This document shows, one piece after another, positions 19,635 through 28,140 of a stretch of DNA of 64,000 nucleotides. The translations under genes were made by a program, and so were the position numbers. Position 1 is the stretch's first letter, and every line of letters starts with the position of its first letter. The stretch is taken from positions 79-64,078 of the forward strand of contig CAYRMI010000005.1 of the NCBI GenBank assembly GCA_964425625.1. The letters are read 5' to 3'. The DNA is from an uncultured Candidatus Saccharibacteria bacterium (lineage in GTDB: Bacteria; Patescibacteriota; Minisyncoccia; Phycocordibacterales; UBA918). The notes below the pieces were generated by a model. It did no database searches. It saw nothing but the letters and a program-made list of their open reading frames with translations, and was not told where the DNA came from.

Positions 19635-20615
19635 ATGTCAAAGACAATTTTGGTGACGGGCGGGGCGGGGTATATTGGCTCCGCTTGTGTGGCAGAGCTT
19701 CATGAACAGGGTCATAAAGTAGTGGTGTTTGACGACCTCTCCACTGGCCAAAGCACGGTCTTACCCGAGACCGTGCCGGTAGTGGTGGGGGATATTACTG
19801 ACCGCGAAGCTTTACGCCAGGTTTGCCAGCCATACCAGTTTGATACCATCATTCATTGTGCCGCCAAAAAAGCGGTGGGTGAGAGTGAGCTTGATCCGTC
19901 TTTATATTTTTATACTAATGTGGTGGGCTCGCTAAATGTACTCTCGGTGATGGAGGAACTGTCTATACCGCAGATTATTTTTTCTTCTACCGCCGCTGTG
20001 TACGCACCGCCACTTCATACTGAAGCGGTAACCGAGCAGTCGCTCTTGGCACCAGTCAATGTCTATGGCCAGAGCAAGCTTATGGTCGAGCAGATGATAA
20101 GTGACTTTGCTAGACTAGGGAAAATAAAACAGTACACGATTTTCCGCTACTTCAATGTAGCGGGGGACGCTGGCCTCCTATTTCAAGAAAAGAAAGCGCA
20201 AAATGTTTTCCCACTCTTAGCTTCAGCCATTACCTCCGGCCACACCTTCTCTATCTTCGGTGATGATTATGAGACCAAGGACGGGACGGGGGTGCGCGAC
20301 TACATTCACCTTTCCGATATCGTAGAAGCCCACCTAAAGGCGCTAGCGGGGGAGAAAAATGGTACTTTCAATCTTGGGAGTGGCACCGGCTACAGTGTGC
20401 GCGAACTGATTGCTGAATTTGAAGCCGTCTCGGGTCGAAAACTTAAAGCCGAGGTGGCGCCGCACCGCGCCGGCGACCCAGCCTTTTTGGTAGCCGAGTC
20501 TACCCTAGCGAAGCAAAGTCTAAACTGGCAACCAGAAAGCACCTTAAAAGATATGGTAGCAAGTACTTTAGAGGCCTACGCCCCACAGAACGCGCCAAAA
20601 CAGTATAGAGCATGA
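19635..20615 (+). CDS. galE: UDP-glucose 4-epimerase
   Basis: TGGAGYIGS, KAVGES, FSSTAAVY, YGQSK, RYFNVAG, DGTGVRDYIH. Confidence 0.93.
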   Translation: MSKTILVTGGAGYIGSACVAELHEQGHKVVVFDDLSTGQSTVLPETVPVVVGDITDREALRQVCQPYQFDTIIHCAAKKAVGESELDPSLYFYTNVVGSLNVLSVMEELSIPQIIFSSTAAVYAPPLHTEAVTEQSLLAPVNVYGQSKLMVEQMISDFARLGKIKQYTIFRYFNVAGDAGLLFQEKKAQNVFPLLASAITSGHTFSIFGDDYETKDGTGVRDYIHLSDIVEAHLKALAGEKNGTFNLGSGTGYSVRELIAEFEAVSGRKLKAEVAPHRAGDPAFLVAESTLAKQSLNWQPESTLKDMVASTLEAYAPQNAPKQYRA

Positions 20616-20691
20616 CTTTTAGTAAATTAACTGTATTTTCCGTCACTCCTCGCGTACTTGCAGATATTGTGTGTTTTGGTATACTAATAAC

Positions 20692-20750
20692 TAAGTCCAT
20701 ACGTTAAGGGATCCGACAGGTGTTAGTGCCTTAGGAGCCCTTTTCATTTT
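20692..20750 (+). ncRNA. Candidate NYN-associated hairpin sRNA, copy 1
   Basis: AAGGGATCCGACAGGTGTTAGTGCCTTAGGAGCCCTTTT; upstream TTGCAG-16-TATACT (20658-20685). Confidence 0.45.
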
Positions 20751-21252
20751 TACGTAAATATTCAATGTGAGATTTTTTGTTTAGCAAAAAGTCATAATAT
20801 TCTGAGCCAAGTTTTTTGTACAGAGATGATGCGTATTGTCTATTTGGTAGCAATATTTTAAGAAATCTTTTCTTTTCAATAAGGTATTTAACTACTTTAA
20901 AATAGTCTCCATCTCCGGACACAAGAACAAATTTTTTATCAGCAGACTCTTCAGCAAATTGTCTCATTAATTCAAATACTAAGTCAACATCGACATTGCC
21001 TTTCTTTTTTGAAATAGCATTTTGGTCGTGATCTTTGAAGATAAGAATGTAACCTGCTCTTTGGAATTCTGTATACATTCTTGAATGCTCGGTCTGTAGA
21101 TTACCTATGAATAAATAAATTTCACTACATTGATATTTCTCTTTCAGAAATCGACAGAACTTGTAGTGGTCTACAGTCCAACCATCAGCTTTAGCGCCTA
21201 AATAAAAATTTTGGGAGTCTATGAAAGCGCAATTTTTTAAGTTTTTGTCCAT
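20731..21252 (-). CDS. NYN domain (LabA/DUF88, PIN-fold) putative RNase
   Basis: FIDSQN, KKGNVDVDL, LVSGDGDY, ASSL. Confidence 0.9.
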   Translation of the reverse strand: MDKNLKNCAFIDSQNFYLGAKADGWTVDHYKFCRFLKEKYQCSEIYLFIGNLQTEHSRMYTEFQRAGYILIFKDHDQNAISKKKGNVDVDLVFELMRQFAEESADKKFVLVSGDGDYFKVVKYLIEKKRFLKILLPNRQYASSLYKKLGSEYYDFLLNKKSHIEYLRKNEKGS

Positions 21253-21277
21253 TTAATATGAATGGTACAATAATTTT

Positions 21278-21333
21278 TCGATAACTAAAAGGGATCTTAA
21301 GGTTGTTAGTGCCTTAGGGACATTTTTCATTTC
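21278..21333 (+). ncRNA. Candidate NYN-associated hairpin, copy 2 (degenerate)
   Basis: AAAAGGGATCTTAAGGTTGTTAGTGCCTTAGGGACATTTTTCATTT; TGnTACAAT at 21263-21271. Confidence 0.35.
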
Positions 21334-21347
21334 ATGGAGACGTATAA

Positions 21348-21623
21348 CTACCGCATCGTCACTTTCAGTGACAAATCGAGAGCTTTGGCAATCCGGACAA
21401 GTGTCTGCAGGGAAGGATTACCGTCGCCACGTTCCAGGCGAGAGATGACTGGTTGTCGACTACCGATAGCTTCGGCGAGTTCTGTTTGTGACCAACCACG
21501 CTTAGTGCGTTCCTTGATGATAGTTTTAATTACTTCATATTCAGGTCCGAGGGCTTCGTATTCAGATTTTACTAGGGGATTTTTTAGAGTCTTGGCTTTG
21601 AATTGTTTAAAAGAAATAGACAT
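21348..21623 (-). CDS. XRE-family HTH antitoxin (HigA-like), no intact toxin
   Basis: WSQTELAEAIGSRQPVISRLERG..NPSLQTL. Confidence 0.88.
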   Translation of the reverse strand: MSISFKQFKAKTLKNPLVKSEYEALGPEYEVIKTIIKERTKRGWSQTELAEAIGSRQPVISRLERGDGNPSLQTLVRIAKALDLSLKVTMR

Positions 21624-21631
21624 AATTTAAA

Positions 21632-21649
21632 TATAACTTATAAGTTATA
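21632..21649. promoter_or_regulatory. Perfect 18-bp palindromic operator upstream of HTH gene
   Basis: TATAACTTATAAGTTATA. Confidence 0.6.
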
Positions 21650-21685
21650 CTAATGAAAGTTGTTCTTGCCATCTTTACCCGGATA

Positions 21686-21769
21686 AAAATATTCCTCACC
21701 CTTGCGGGTGAGGTCGCGGGAAAATCCCGAATGTACCTACATGATAGTGTGTGGGACCAAATTAGTCAA
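21686..21769 (-). promoter_or_regulatory. Sigma70-like promoter plus structured ~50-nt leader/sRNA, copy 1
   Basis: TTGACT-17-TATCAT then CGGGA-TTT-TCCCG and CCTCACCC-GCAA-GGGTGAGG, then T tract. Confidence 0.5.
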
Positions 21770-21873
21770 TAGGAAAGAGTAGAGTCTTATACTCAACAGG
21801 AAGCTTGATTGACATATTTTATATTGGTACATATCTATGTTCAAAATTATTACCTTGGTGTATATTAATTGTA

Positions 21874-22071
21874 ATGAGTAATACTAGTTCAAAAATTAGT
21901 GGAGGAAAAATTAGACAAAAAAGAGGAGATACTCTAGTTCGTACAATTGTGAAACAATATAAAGTTGATCTGGGTTATCGTTCCGACACAAAGTTATCTA
22001 CCGTCTTAAAAAAGGAAGGCGCTTCTTCACTGTCAAAACTCATAAAAATGACAGAATCAGCCAAGAAGTAG
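21874..22071 (+). CDS. Small basic protein (MSNTSSK...RQKRGDTLV...RSDTKL)
   Basis: ATG 21874 in track ORF frame; pattern resembles a widespread uncharacterised small-protein family (from memory). Confidence 0.65.
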   Translation: MSNTSSKISGGKIRQKRGDTLVRTIVKQYKVDLGYRSDTKLSTVLKKEGASSLSKLIKMTESAKK

Positions 22072-22080
22072 TAATACTAT

Positions 22081-22598
22081 ATGGCAGGAAATGACTTTGA
22101 TTTTATATCTCCAGTCGCGTTCAGAAAAAATATTATTGAGTCAGTAGAGTTCACTTCTTGGTTGTGGGTTACGGCTCAAAGTATTGAATCAAAATATGTT
22201 GACGACATAAATCGAACTATCATTCTCTATAATATTTCAATTATTGAAGCCCTGCTTCTTTTTAGAGCCAAGAAGAGAAAAATTAAATTTCTGGTTCAAG
22301 AATACAAGAATCCATATAAGCTTCCAGCAGAGTTTAGCAAGGCTAATAAAATAGTTGTATTAGCATTTAGGGAAAGTACACCAAAGTCCGATTCTCAAAT
22401 ATGGCTTAGCGATTTGTTAAAGGAAAAGAGAAATTTTCTCGGTAAAAAACTATATGAACAAATAAAGAACTTCAAGATGTTAGAAATACCCTACATCTCT
22501 CAAAGAGACGTTCCGGACGGTTTACCCTTGAAAAGTCGCAGGAATCTTTTGATTCACTACTAGCTGTAGTGACCAAAATAAAAAATGACAAGTCGTGA
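22081..22598 (+). pseudogene. HEPN-like RNase gene split by -1 frameshift near 22465
   Basis: The -1 frame gives ELQDVRNTLHL (RNxxH) and ends at TGA 22596-22598, overlapping the next GTG start. Confidence 0.6.
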
Positions 22599-22918
22599 GC
22601 AATCATATGAAAACAAAAGCCAGTATTACAATAAAAAATAAGCTATATCCGTACTCACTTGAGAAGACAGCCTCTGGCACTATTCATTTTGTAGCTAAAG
22701 ACGCCGCTATTGATCAAGAGTTTCTGGCTGAAGATCTGGCGGAGATTATTCTTGATTTGCCGAATTTAATTTTGGCTGAACAAGATTATGAGCGAAAACA
22801 GTCAGACGTCATTCGCTTCAGAGTATCTGGAGTAGATAAGGTGCGGATTAAAAAGAAGGCGATTGAGAAAGGGTATGACTCTGTCTCAGGCTACGTGCGT
22901 GATTTGGCGTTGAGCTAA
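22595..22918 (+). CDS. HicB-like/RHH-type antitoxin or regulator
   Basis: C-terminal ribbon-helix-helix pattern IRFRVS..K..IKKKA...GY.SVSGYVRDLAL. Confidence 0.65.
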   Translation: MSNHMKTKASITIKNKLYPYSLEKTASGTIHFVAKDAAIDQEFLAEDLAEIILDLPNLILAEQDYERKQSDVIRFRVSGVDKVRIKKKAIEKGYDSVSGYVRDLALS

Positions 22919-23063
22919 CTTGTGCCCAAATGGACAGACGATTGATAATTAGCACGTCACTACCTTCAATAACAAATCAAGGGTTTAATCAATTTATTTC
23001 AACCAGAAATACCACTTTCTTGGGACGGTATTTTCTAAAATTTGTTGATATACTTACTGCGAT

Positions 23064-23594
23064 ATGAAGAATAATATCGCATATATAGATGGTCAGAATC
23101 TTTTCATGGGAACCACTAAACGTGAACCCTTTTGGAAAGTTGATTTGTCTAAGTTGCGAGTTTACTTAGAAAGGAAATACAATGTTACTAAGGCGTACTA
23201 CTATCTAGGCTATGTCCAGGATGGGGGTAAGTTTGAATCATTATATGAAGAAATACAAAGCGCGGGTTTCATTCTTGTATTTCGAGAGCATAATTCCGCA
23301 ATGCTTGGTAAAAAGAAGGGCAATGTAGATTCAGATATTATCTTTTCAATTATGAAACGACTGTATCGTAGAGAAGAATTCGATAAAGTCGTATTAGTAT
23401 CGGGTGACGGTGACTATAAAATGTTGGTAGACTTTTTGATTGAAGAGGGTAAATTAGAGAAAGTTTTGTTTCCAAAAAGAAAATACGCATCTTCACTTTA
23501 TAAATCAATTGGAGCAACCTATTACGCTGACTTGTCGGAAGACGATACAAGAAAAAAGATAGCTGTAAATGAAAAGGGGTCCTTAGGTAGTTAG
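23064..23594 (+). CDS. NYN domain putative RNase, second paralog
   Basis: YIDGQN, KKGNVDSD, LVSGDGDY, ASSL; ends NEKGSLGS. Confidence 0.9.
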   Translation: MKNNIAYIDGQNLFMGTTKREPFWKVDLSKLRVYLERKYNVTKAYYYLGYVQDGGKFESLYEEIQSAGFILVFREHNSAMLGKKKGNVDSDIIFSIMKRLYRREEFDKVVLVSGDGDYKMLVDFLIEEGKLEKVLFPKRKYASSLYKSIGATYYADLSEDDTRKKIAVNEKGSLGS

Positions 23595-23620
23595 CCGTTC
23601 GGAACCCTTTTCGTCGTGAT
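23567..23620 (-). ncRNA. Candidate NYN-associated hairpin sRNA, copy 3
   Basis: Minus strand AAAAGGGTTCCGAACGGCTAACTACCTAAGGACCCCTTTT; TTGATT-16-TATAAT (23654-23627). Confidence 0.45.
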
Positions 23621-23719
23621 TTGTTGATTATATCAAGTTCGGGTAATAAATCAAGTTTCTGATACCAAAGTTCAATAATTAATTGCAACACATAAGTAAT
23701 AAGGTCCGGATGAAAAAGC

Positions 23720-23764
23720 TATGACTCTGTTTCAGGCTACGTGCGTGATTTGGCGTTGCGGTAA
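23720..23764 (+). repeat. Duplicate of RHH gene 3' end (22874-22918)
   Basis: TATGACTCTGTYTCAGGCTACGTGCGTGATTTGGCGTTG, 39 bp with 1 mismatch. Confidence 0.85.
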
Positions 23765-23779
23765 GATTTGGATGCAAAT

Positions 23780-23843
23780 ACCCTAAAGAATATGGTACGA
23801 GAGTACCCTAGAGGCTTATACCCCACAGAATGCGCCAAAATAG
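23780..23843 (+). pseudogene. Diverged relic of galE 3' end (20541-20603)
   Basis: Reads TLKNMV/STLEAYTPQNAPK* versus galE TLKDMVASTLEAYAPQNAPKQ. Confidence 0.8.
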
Positions 23844-23900
23844 CCCCAGAAGAGGCCTTTTAACGAAAAATTAGGTTTGCTACTTGAGGTATAGAAAACA

Positions 23901-24683
23901 CTAATTTACAGCCTGTTTGAGCTTCAACCATAATCGGTAGAGAGAATACTTAAGCCAAGCTTCTATGTACTTGGGGTAGGAGGACTGATGCAGTTTTATA
24001 ATTTTGAGCACCTCTTCAATCAGGGACAGCCTCCTGCTACTTTCACTAATATTATGGACCCGATAGGCGACATGATAGCTTGGTAAATTGGCCAGAGTAC
24101 CAACGGTACCCAGTTGCATAAATAAGTCTAAGTCTTCCGAGAGCGGGAAACGATAACCCGGAATAGTTTTGAGCAAAGCCGTGCGCATAAGGACACTGGA
24201 GTGGGCAAATTGATTGCGTAGGAGGAAATTGTTTCTAATATCTTTGTCGGTTACGTTATAAGTAGTCTGCTTTATCTCTTTACCGGTTTCATTGATGAGA
24301 GTGATAAAAGTACCCACCACCGCACAGTCCGGGTGTTCTTCCATAAAAGTCACTTGCTGTTGGAGTTTATCTTTACTGGTCCAGCTGTCATCACTATCGA
24401 GGACAGCGACAAATTCTCCCGTTGCCTGCGCGAAACTTTCTCTCCGGCGTACCAATAAGCCGAGGTTGGTCGGTTCTTTAATATATTTAATACGTGAGTC
24501 ATTGAAATCGCCAACCACACTAGCAGTGTCATCAGTCGAACCGTCATCAATGATAATCAATTCAAAATTACTATAGGTCTGCGCCAAGACACTAGCTATC
24601 GCCTCACCAATAAAATGCGCTCGGTTGTAGGTGAGCATGAGGATACTGACAAGTGGGGAGGGGGAATTACTTGGCATAGTCAT
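23901..24683 (-). CDS. GT2 glycosyltransferase
   Basis: VSILMLTYN, IIDDGSTD, LDSDD, ED motif. Confidence 0.9.
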   Translation of the reverse strand: MTMPSNSPSPLVSILMLTYNRAHFIGEAIASVLAQTYSNFELIIIDDGSTDDTASVVGDFNDSRIKYIKEPTNLGLLVRRRESFAQATGEFVAVLDSDDSWTSKDKLQQQVTFMEEHPDCAVVGTFITLINETGKEIKQTTYNVTDKDIRNNFLLRNQFAHSSVLMRTALLKTIPGYRFPLSEDLDLFMQLGTVGTLANLPSYHVAYRVHNISESSRRLSLIEEVLKIIKLHQSSYPKYIEAWLKYSLYRLWLKLKQAVN

Positions 24684-24705
24684 ACTAATATACTACTATA
24701 GAAAT

Positions 24706-24763
24706 GACTTCATACGAAAAGGGATCCGAAATGTGTCGGTGCCTTAGGAGCCTTTTTCATTTC
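24706..24763 (+). ncRNA. Candidate NYN-associated hairpin sRNA, copy 4 (orphan)
   Basis: AAAAGGGATCCGAAATGTGTCGGTGCCTTAGGAGCCTTTTT; TTGGCA-17-TACTAT (24671-24699). Confidence 0.4.
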
Positions 24764-24777
24764 TAGCGGATGTATAA

Positions 24778-24882
24778 CTACCGATTTGTCACTTTCAGTG
24801 ACAAATCGAGGGCTTCGTACTCAGATTTTACCAACGGATTTTTTAGAGCCTTGGCTTTGAATTTCTTGAAAGAAGTGGTCAT
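24778..24882 (-). pseudogene. Internally deleted (in-frame) copy of the HigA-like gene, 34 aa
   Basis: MTTSFKKFKAKALKNPLVKSEYEALDLSLKVTNR; lacks 171 bp equivalent to 21381-21551. Confidence 0.8.
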
Positions 24883-24975
24883 AAGTTAAATATGACTTAT
24901 AAGTTGTATCAACGCAAGTTTTTCGTTGTTGTCTTGGCAACGATAAGTTCTTGGCTTTTTCTTAACTCTGTAAGT

Positions 24976-25060
24976 AAAAATATTCCCCACCCTGACTGGT
25001 GGGGTCGCGGGAAAATCTCGAATGTACTTACATAATAAAGCGTATGATTAAATACGTCCA
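24976..25060 (-). promoter_or_regulatory. Promoter plus structured leader/sRNA, copy 2
   Basis: TGGACG-17-TATTAT then CCCCACC-AGTCAG-GGTGGGG, then T tract. Confidence 0.45.
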
Positions 25061-25172
25061 TAGATATAGAGACATGAGGTGTGATAAAATAGTTTTACAA
25101 ACGCCTTCGGGCTTGCCCTCTTGCAAGAGAGGGACAACAAATAAAAGCGTTAGAGACAAGTCTCTAACGCTT

Positions 25173-26039
25173 TTATTTTGGCAATTGAATCCAGTCAGTT
25201 GGGATTAAGTCCTTGTCGTATGGTTGGGATTCAAACCAAGGAGTTGGGGCGATTACTACCTTACTCGGATTTTGGTTGAGCCAAGCACTCCACCAACTAA
25301 AAGAGCTGTTGGCGATGATATTGTGTTGGCACATACTCATCAGTATCAGATCTTCAACATCAGTCATGCCTTCACCTTTGACAAACACCGCGCTATCGCC
25401 CACTGGTAAATTTTCCTTTACCCAGGGGAGGTCATCGGAAAAGACGAAGTAAGTAGGAGAGGGTACCGTCTTTTCTATTTCCGCCATGGCGGCTTCATAG
25501 TAACTAAGGGTACATGGACCAAATTCTTTTTGCACTTGCGGGTTTTTTATATAGTCGCCCCGTCTCACATGTAGAGCTACTGCTTGAGAGTTTTTAATCA
25601 ACTCGGCAAAAGTCGCCCCAGCCTTTGAGAGAGGTTTGGCTAAAGTGAATTCTTTAAGCAGGGTATCGCGAATATCAGCAAAGTATAGTGGTGACTGCCA
25701 ATACCCATCAAGATAAATATCGCCAACGAAGCCGAGGACTTGGGGGTTAAATAGCGTATTTTTATCGCGTGATAATTTGAAACGCAAAAAGCGCCAAGCT
25801 TTGGAGAAAATTCCGTAAGGGTACTTAAGCCTTTTTATTTCTTCTGGCGTGGCAATAGTTTTGACCACATTAAGGCTATCGAGCGCAAACGGGCGGTAAA
25901 TATCACCGACCATATTGGCTCGTGCTAATCCGGTTACATCAAGTTTGATAACGTCGTTATTTTTTAGCGCCAGCTTTCGCCCGAGCGCATATTGGAAGAG
26001 CTGGTTGCCCGTTCCGCCTTTGAGATTGACTATGATCAT
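25173..26039 (-). CDS. GT11 alpha-1,2-fucosyltransferase family
   Basis: GGTGNQLFQY, GYWQS, HVRRGDY, NSSFSWW. Confidence 0.92.
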   Translation of the reverse strand: MIIVNLKGGTGNQLFQYALGRKLALKNNDVIKLDVTGLARANMVGDIYRPFALDSLNVVKTIATPEEIKRLKYPYGIFSKAWRFLRFKLSRDKNTLFNPQVLGFVGDIYLDGYWQSPLYFADIRDTLLKEFTLAKPLSKAGATFAELIKNSQAVALHVRRGDYIKNPQVQKEFGPCTLSYYEAAMAEIEKTVPSPTYFVFSDDLPWVKENLPVGDSAVFVKGEGMTDVEDLILMSMCQHNIIANSSFSWWSAWLNQNPSKVVIAPTPWFESQPYDKDLIPTDWIQLPK

Positions 26040-26950
26040 AGAAGTAATTTAGAAAATTCGGCGGTTCGTTCTTGGGGGATGAATAATAAATTATCGTAGG
26101 TGTAAGTATCTTTAAAGGTATGGGGTGATATTAATCCATTGGGATGAATTTCATAGGGGTCATAACCCAGAGACAGAAGGAGGGTAAAAGCCTGGTGGCT
26201 GTTATCCGCCCACGCGGTACCACCGGCGACTTCTATGGTGACAATCGGTCGCTTGGTAAGAGATTTATCCAAGATAGCCAAAGAGCCGAGCAGGACTTCA
26301 TGCTCAAAACCTTCGGAATCAATTTTAATTAGGTCGGGGTGCAGGGATTTTTTTTGGCAAAAATGACTTAATGAAATACTGGGCACTTCAATTTGCTCGG
26401 CGGAGATTTTGAGATCGGGTGCGCCACCTTGGCTGGCGCTGTTGTAAGCACCGTAGCCTGGGCCATAATCAGCGAAGGTAAGGGTTTTGGCACTTTCAGA
26501 AATGGCCTGATTGTAGATGGTGACATTGGCCAACCCCTTAGTGTTCTCCGCTAGCAGTTTAAATGTCCACGGGGTTGGTTCAAAACTAAATACCTGACCA
26601 CTCTGGCCAACTAGCTCTGCAGACAACATAGAATAAATACCGACATGAGCCCCGACGTCTATTACCGTCATCCCTTCATCTAAATAACGAAGGAAAAAAT
26701 TAGTGAGGTTGGCTTCGCAGTAGCCATAGTAATAAAAAGTATTACCCTCGGGTAAAAAGCAAGTCATTTTGGTACCCCAAAGAGTTTTAAAGCTAATTTG
26801 GAAGGGTTTTAAATGTGATAGCGCAGCAATTACATAATACGGAAAAGCATGAAGCGGGTCCTTCAGTAGTCGAGTTAAACGCGACAAGGGACGTAACTCC
26901 TCATGCTTGAGGATGGTGGTGATTAATTTTTGTCTATCGTCATTATTCAT
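26036..26950 (-). CDS. FkbM-family methyltransferase
   Basis: DVGAHVG, FEP, IKIDSEGFE. Confidence 0.9.
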   Translation of the reverse strand: MNNDDRQKLITTILKHEELRPLSRLTRLLKDPLHAFPYYVIAALSHLKPFQISFKTLWGTKMTCFLPEGNTFYYYGYCEANLTNFFLRYLDEGMTVIDVGAHVGIYSMLSAELVGQSGQVFSFEPTPWTFKLLAENTKGLANVTIYNQAISESAKTLTFADYGPGYGAYNSASQGGAPDLKISAEQIEVPSISLSHFCQKKSLHPDLIKIDSEGFEHEVLLGSLAILDKSLTKRPIVTIEVAGGTAWADNSHQAFTLLLSLGYDPYEIHPNGLISPHTFKDTYTYDNLLFIPQERTAEFSKLLL

Positions 26951-28140
26951 GAATTTAATATTTCTTTATACAGTGCCAAATAATTGGCTGTCATATGGTT
27001 GGTGTCGTATCGAGATTTTATCTTATTAGCGGAGGCATGAGAAATGTCACGTAGAGCAGTTTCATTTAAGTCCAGAATCTTATTTAGTCCAGTAACTAAG
27101 TCATCCGTATTACGGTAGCGACAGAGATACCCATTCTCTCCATCAGTCATTACCTCCTTTACACCACCTACGTCAAAGGCTACTACCGGCAATCCACAAC
27201 TCATGGCTTCTAGTATTACCAAAGGAAAGTTCTCGGCAATGGAAGTAAATAGTAAGACATCGGCTGCGCTGTAATAGAGGGCTAGTTCGGCTGGGTCTTT
27301 GACATGGAGACGGTACTCTACATTTGGTTCCGGGTGCTCTGGGGTAAAATTTCCGACGTTAAGAAAAAGCACATCTGGTCGGTTTTGGTATTGATGAATC
27401 ACTTCTTCGGTATAAGTCCAACCCTTCCAAGTATTAGCCTTACCGGCCGTTGCCAAAAACAAAACTATCTTCTTATCTTGTGGTAAGTTTAATTTGGTTC
27501 GAGCAATGTTTTTATTGGTTTGAACAAAAGTCTTGGTGTCTATACCGTTTGGTAGATTTCTAACGTCTTGGTTTTTTAAGATAGTTTTTTCTACTCGCTC
27601 TTTTAGCCAAAACGAAGGAGTGACTAGGTGAAGTTTAAGCTTTCCATATAGAGCAATACGGGCTTTGGCTAAGGTATTAGTGTTGTCCCAAAGTAGGCGT
27701 GGATTAGTATCAATACTAGGACAAACATACAGGCCGTTTTTCATGGCAGTACCTTCTAGGGTGTAGGCACAATGTGGGGTAATAGCCCACTCATCATGCA
27801 GAGTCCAGACCACTGGTTTTACTTCTGCCATTTTGGCTAGAGTATTGAGATTAAAAAATCGACCATGAATATTATGGCAATGTATAATATCAGCCTTTTT
27901 AAATTCAGGAGTTTGTAGTAGCCAATCGGTTGAGATAAAGTCTTCGGAAGCGAGTAAAAAACCGATTACCTTACGCCACTTAGAGCGTGGAATAATGTGA
28001 ACATTATTTTCACTACTACGTTTATCAGCGACAAATAAATTTACTTCATGACCCTCTTGCTCGAGGGCTTTTTTTATTTCCCATGATACTTTGGCGGCGC
28101 CGCCCAAGATATCGGTTGTGCCGATAATTAATACATTCAT
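26947..28140 (-). CDS. GT4 glycosyltransferase (WcaC-like)
   Basis: WTLHDEW, PNGID, ENFPLVILEAMSCG. Confidence 0.88.
   Translation of the reverse strand: MNVLIIGTTDILGGAAKVSWEIKKALEQEGHEVNLFVADKRSSENNVHIIPRSKWRKVIGFLLASEDFISTDWLLQTPEFKKADIIHCHNIHGRFFNLNTLAKMAEVKPVVWTLHDEWAITPHCAYTLEGTAMKNGLYVCPSIDTNPRLLWDNTNTLAKARIALYGKLKLHLVTPSFWLKERVEKTILKNQDVRNLPNGIDTKTFVQTNKNIARTKLNLPQDKKIVLFLATAGKANTWKGWTYTEEVIHQYQNRPDVLFLNVGNFTPEHPEPNVEYRLHVKDPAELALYYSAADVLLFTSIAENFPLVILEAMSCGLPVVAFDVGGVKEVMTDGENGYLCRYRNTDDLVTGLNKILDLNETALRDISHASANKIKSRYDTNHMTANYLALYKEILNS

Noticed and set aside
21334-21630. 98-aa plus-strand ORF
   Set aside because: Antisense shadow of the HTH gene.
20706-24763. NYN hairpin copies as an integron cassette array
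   Set aside because: No integrase in the window, no clear RYYYAAC/GTTRRRY ends and mixed orientation; kept only as an alternative hypothesis.
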